DNA of 64,000 nucleotides. Origin: Podarcis tiliguerta. Its lineage: Eukaryota. The stretch's first letter is position 1. Each line of letters opens with the position of its first letter. Below are positions 61,587-64,000 of the stretch, one piece after another. The notes beneath the pieces were generated by a model. It did not search any database. It saw only the letters and a list, made by a program, of their open reading frames with translations, and had not been told where the DNA came from. The translations under genes and the position numbers were made by a program. Where the stretch lies: assembly GCA_965153285.1 (NCBI GenBank), contig OZ229115.1; one strand, 5' to 3'.

Positions 61587-64000
61587 TATGAAACATTAAA
61601 AAAAAACACCAAACCAAACACTCAAAGAGAAAACTATTTAAACTGGCTCAACAAACACTCTGCTCATATCAAAGACCTATTGGGATGAAGGAGCTTAAGT
61701 ATTTTTTTTTCTAAAACAGACCAGTCAAGGCCGATTTTGCAAATTGCTGCAAAAAATGTCAGAAGACTGGGAAAATGAGAAACTGAAGTTGACAAATTCA
61801 CACATCCCTTCTCATGGGTAGAACTGGATCGGGGCTATGAATTTAAATATATATACACATTCTGCATTCGCACTGGTCCTTAAAATTATGATTTGGCACT
61901 AACTGCAGTAAGTGGGGGGAAGGGTTTATTTTCTGGGCTATTGTTGAGAAACATCAGGAACTGTGGAAGGTGTCCCCATGTAGCTGCTTGTCTTAAGTCA
62001 GAGCTCTTCTATTGTCTGATTTCAAAGGCTCTGCTCCTGACCGTCCTGTGCCAAGAACCCAGAAGCTCACGGCTCTTTGATGCCCAACTTTGCCATTTCT
62101 TCCGAGCTTGACTTGCGGCACTTTTGCAAAGCTTTGTTCCTCATTCCAATGCAGCAGAGCAACACAGAGATTTCTCTGAGCGTTGCCAGATAAAAGCAGG
62201 GAAATGGACCCCTAAAACGGAGAAGGCTATATCCAGTGGTGCCAAGTGCAGAAGAAAGGGGGTGGGTGGGAGACAGGACAGGCTGACTGTAGAGAACAAG
62301 GCAGCCTAAAGTGCCTTGGCAAATGCTTTCCAGGCCATTCGCTCTCTTTAGAAATAATGAGACATCTGCAGAGCAGTTGCCCTGAGAAGGGAAAACCGTG
62401 TCATAATCTGACACCTGCTTAAAAAGCGAGACGGTGCTGAGCCTGGCCTTTTAAAAGCAGTCTTCTCCCAGACGCTGCATTCTCTGCCAAAATAAGTAAG
62501 AGAAGGAGCACTCTCCGGGCTCTCCAGTACTGAAAACATACATAACCCATTCAAGGAGGAATAGAAGGCAATAATTCACTCAGAGGTGTGAACTAGTTTG
62601 CATGGATCTTAACACTCCAGAGTGATTTATATTGAGAAAAAAAGGCTTGGCAGGTATCTTTGTGGAACATGAAAATAGGATTTGCTTTTCTCTGTGTCCC
62701 AAAGTAGTCCTTAAACACCCTTGCTTCAAAGGCATATAAAAGAATCCCCAATTGCCTCCATAGGAAGAACACACTGACGTCCTCTTGAATCTTATAACAG
62801 AAGGCAATAAATTCCAGGCAGGCACTCTTTTTTTGGTCTTGTGTCAGCTGGCTCCTGCGAGAGCTCGGGACCCAAAAAAAAAGAGCATCCTAATTTTGAT
62901 CAGTGGGATGTTGGAGACTATACAATTCCAACAGTCCCTTCTATTTCATTTCCCCCCCCCAAAAAAATTAACCTGTAGTTGCTACTCGTTGGTCATGGGG
63001 AAGCTACACATCTTCTTAAAACGTAGCATTTCTGTTGCAAAGTTGCCAGATTTTCCCCGCATGTAAAACACAACGTTTTGCACTTATGGGAATGCAACGC
63101 TTCGCTCAGAGAGAGGCAACTGCGTTTGCTGTATGGATAAGCATCGGGGGCACAAATGATAACCCTCCACACACACACACAGATATATATGCGCTAGCAT
63201 ATATTTCCTGTCCAAAAGCATATTTAAAGGACTGCTGTTCTGTTATGTGACTTAAATGCAGGAGTATTCATGTAGTCCTTAAACAAAATACAAGCCCTAA
63301 TAACAGCAATGTTATTACCATTTCATGAATGTTATTATTTAACTTCCTTTTTCTTCTATTCATTCACTCTTTGCAGGATGTGATCTCCTCTCTCCGGGGG
63401 CTCATGCCCATTTCCTCCCCATTTACAAAAGGGTGAACATGATACCTGGAACAAGGGTCTCCTTTAACACCCCCCCACCCCCGCCAACAAGGCTAGCCAC
63501 TCCACTTCTATTATGTGAATATATATATATATATAGCTATTGTCTCTTTAAGGAGACAAACATTAATCCTAAAAGCCGTTGAGGCTTGCTTTCTTTGATC
63601 CTGCAGAATGGCCCCCAGTGCTTCTAAAAGATGCATCAATTATGTCAAAACAAATGATGAGGTTTCAGCACCTAATAAGGCTCATTCTCTGCCTAGGTTA
63701 GAATATATATAAACTACCTATCAACCGAGGATGGATCTAAGGAAATCTTAGATTCAGAACATCACAGAAGGTCTGGGTGCCTTTGTTGTGTTCTGTTGCC
63801 CCCCTCCCCCTCCTCTTGCTCCTGTCCATAATAAACTGGAACAACCTCCCCCCCCCCCTTCTTTGCCTGTACTTGTTTTCACGGCTGTTGAAAAGTCAGG
63901 ACAATGACGGCAGCTTCTAAAGCAATGAGCACATGCCCCTTGGGCCAACCCACCCACAGCAGCAAATCTTTTTGCCTTTCTTTTGCAGTCATCAGCGAGT

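Noticed and set aside
43072-64000. LGR6 exon 1 or an alternative first exon
   Set aside because: No signal peptide/LRRNT-coding segment or non-TE CpG island was recognised; a short alternative exon cannot be excluded without transcript data.

Overview
Eukaryotic (squamate reptile) genomic DNA, most likely a lacertid lizard judging from the Sauria SINE, Squam3-like SINE and Bov-B content. The whole window appears to lie inside one minus-strand gene, LGR6 (leucine-rich-repeat R-spondin receptor GPCR). Five coding exons were recovered by hand with canonical AG/GT boundaries: 43000-43071, 39531-39602, 31175-31246, 15812-16027 and 8604-8675 (72, 72, 72, 216 and 72 bp). They correspond to exons 2-6 and splice into one open frame of seven LRRs. 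Exon 1 and exons 7 onward were not found and probably lie outside the window. The rest is intronic and rich in transposable elements: Sauria SINEs, Squam3-like SINEs, tRNA-head/CR1-tail SINEs, Bov-B/CR1/L2/L1 fragments, Tc1/mariner-type, hAT-type and Harbinger-like MITEs, solo LTRs and microsatellites, plus one 137-N assembly gap. Nearly all ORFs in the supplied track are spurious. I found no convincing new protein-coding system. The most notable observations are TE-architectural or regulatory: two related solo LTRs with swapped enhancer cores, a three-level nested insertion, a composite MITE carrying an L2 tail, inverted young repeats bracketing in-frame exons, and a TCF/LEF motif cluster.
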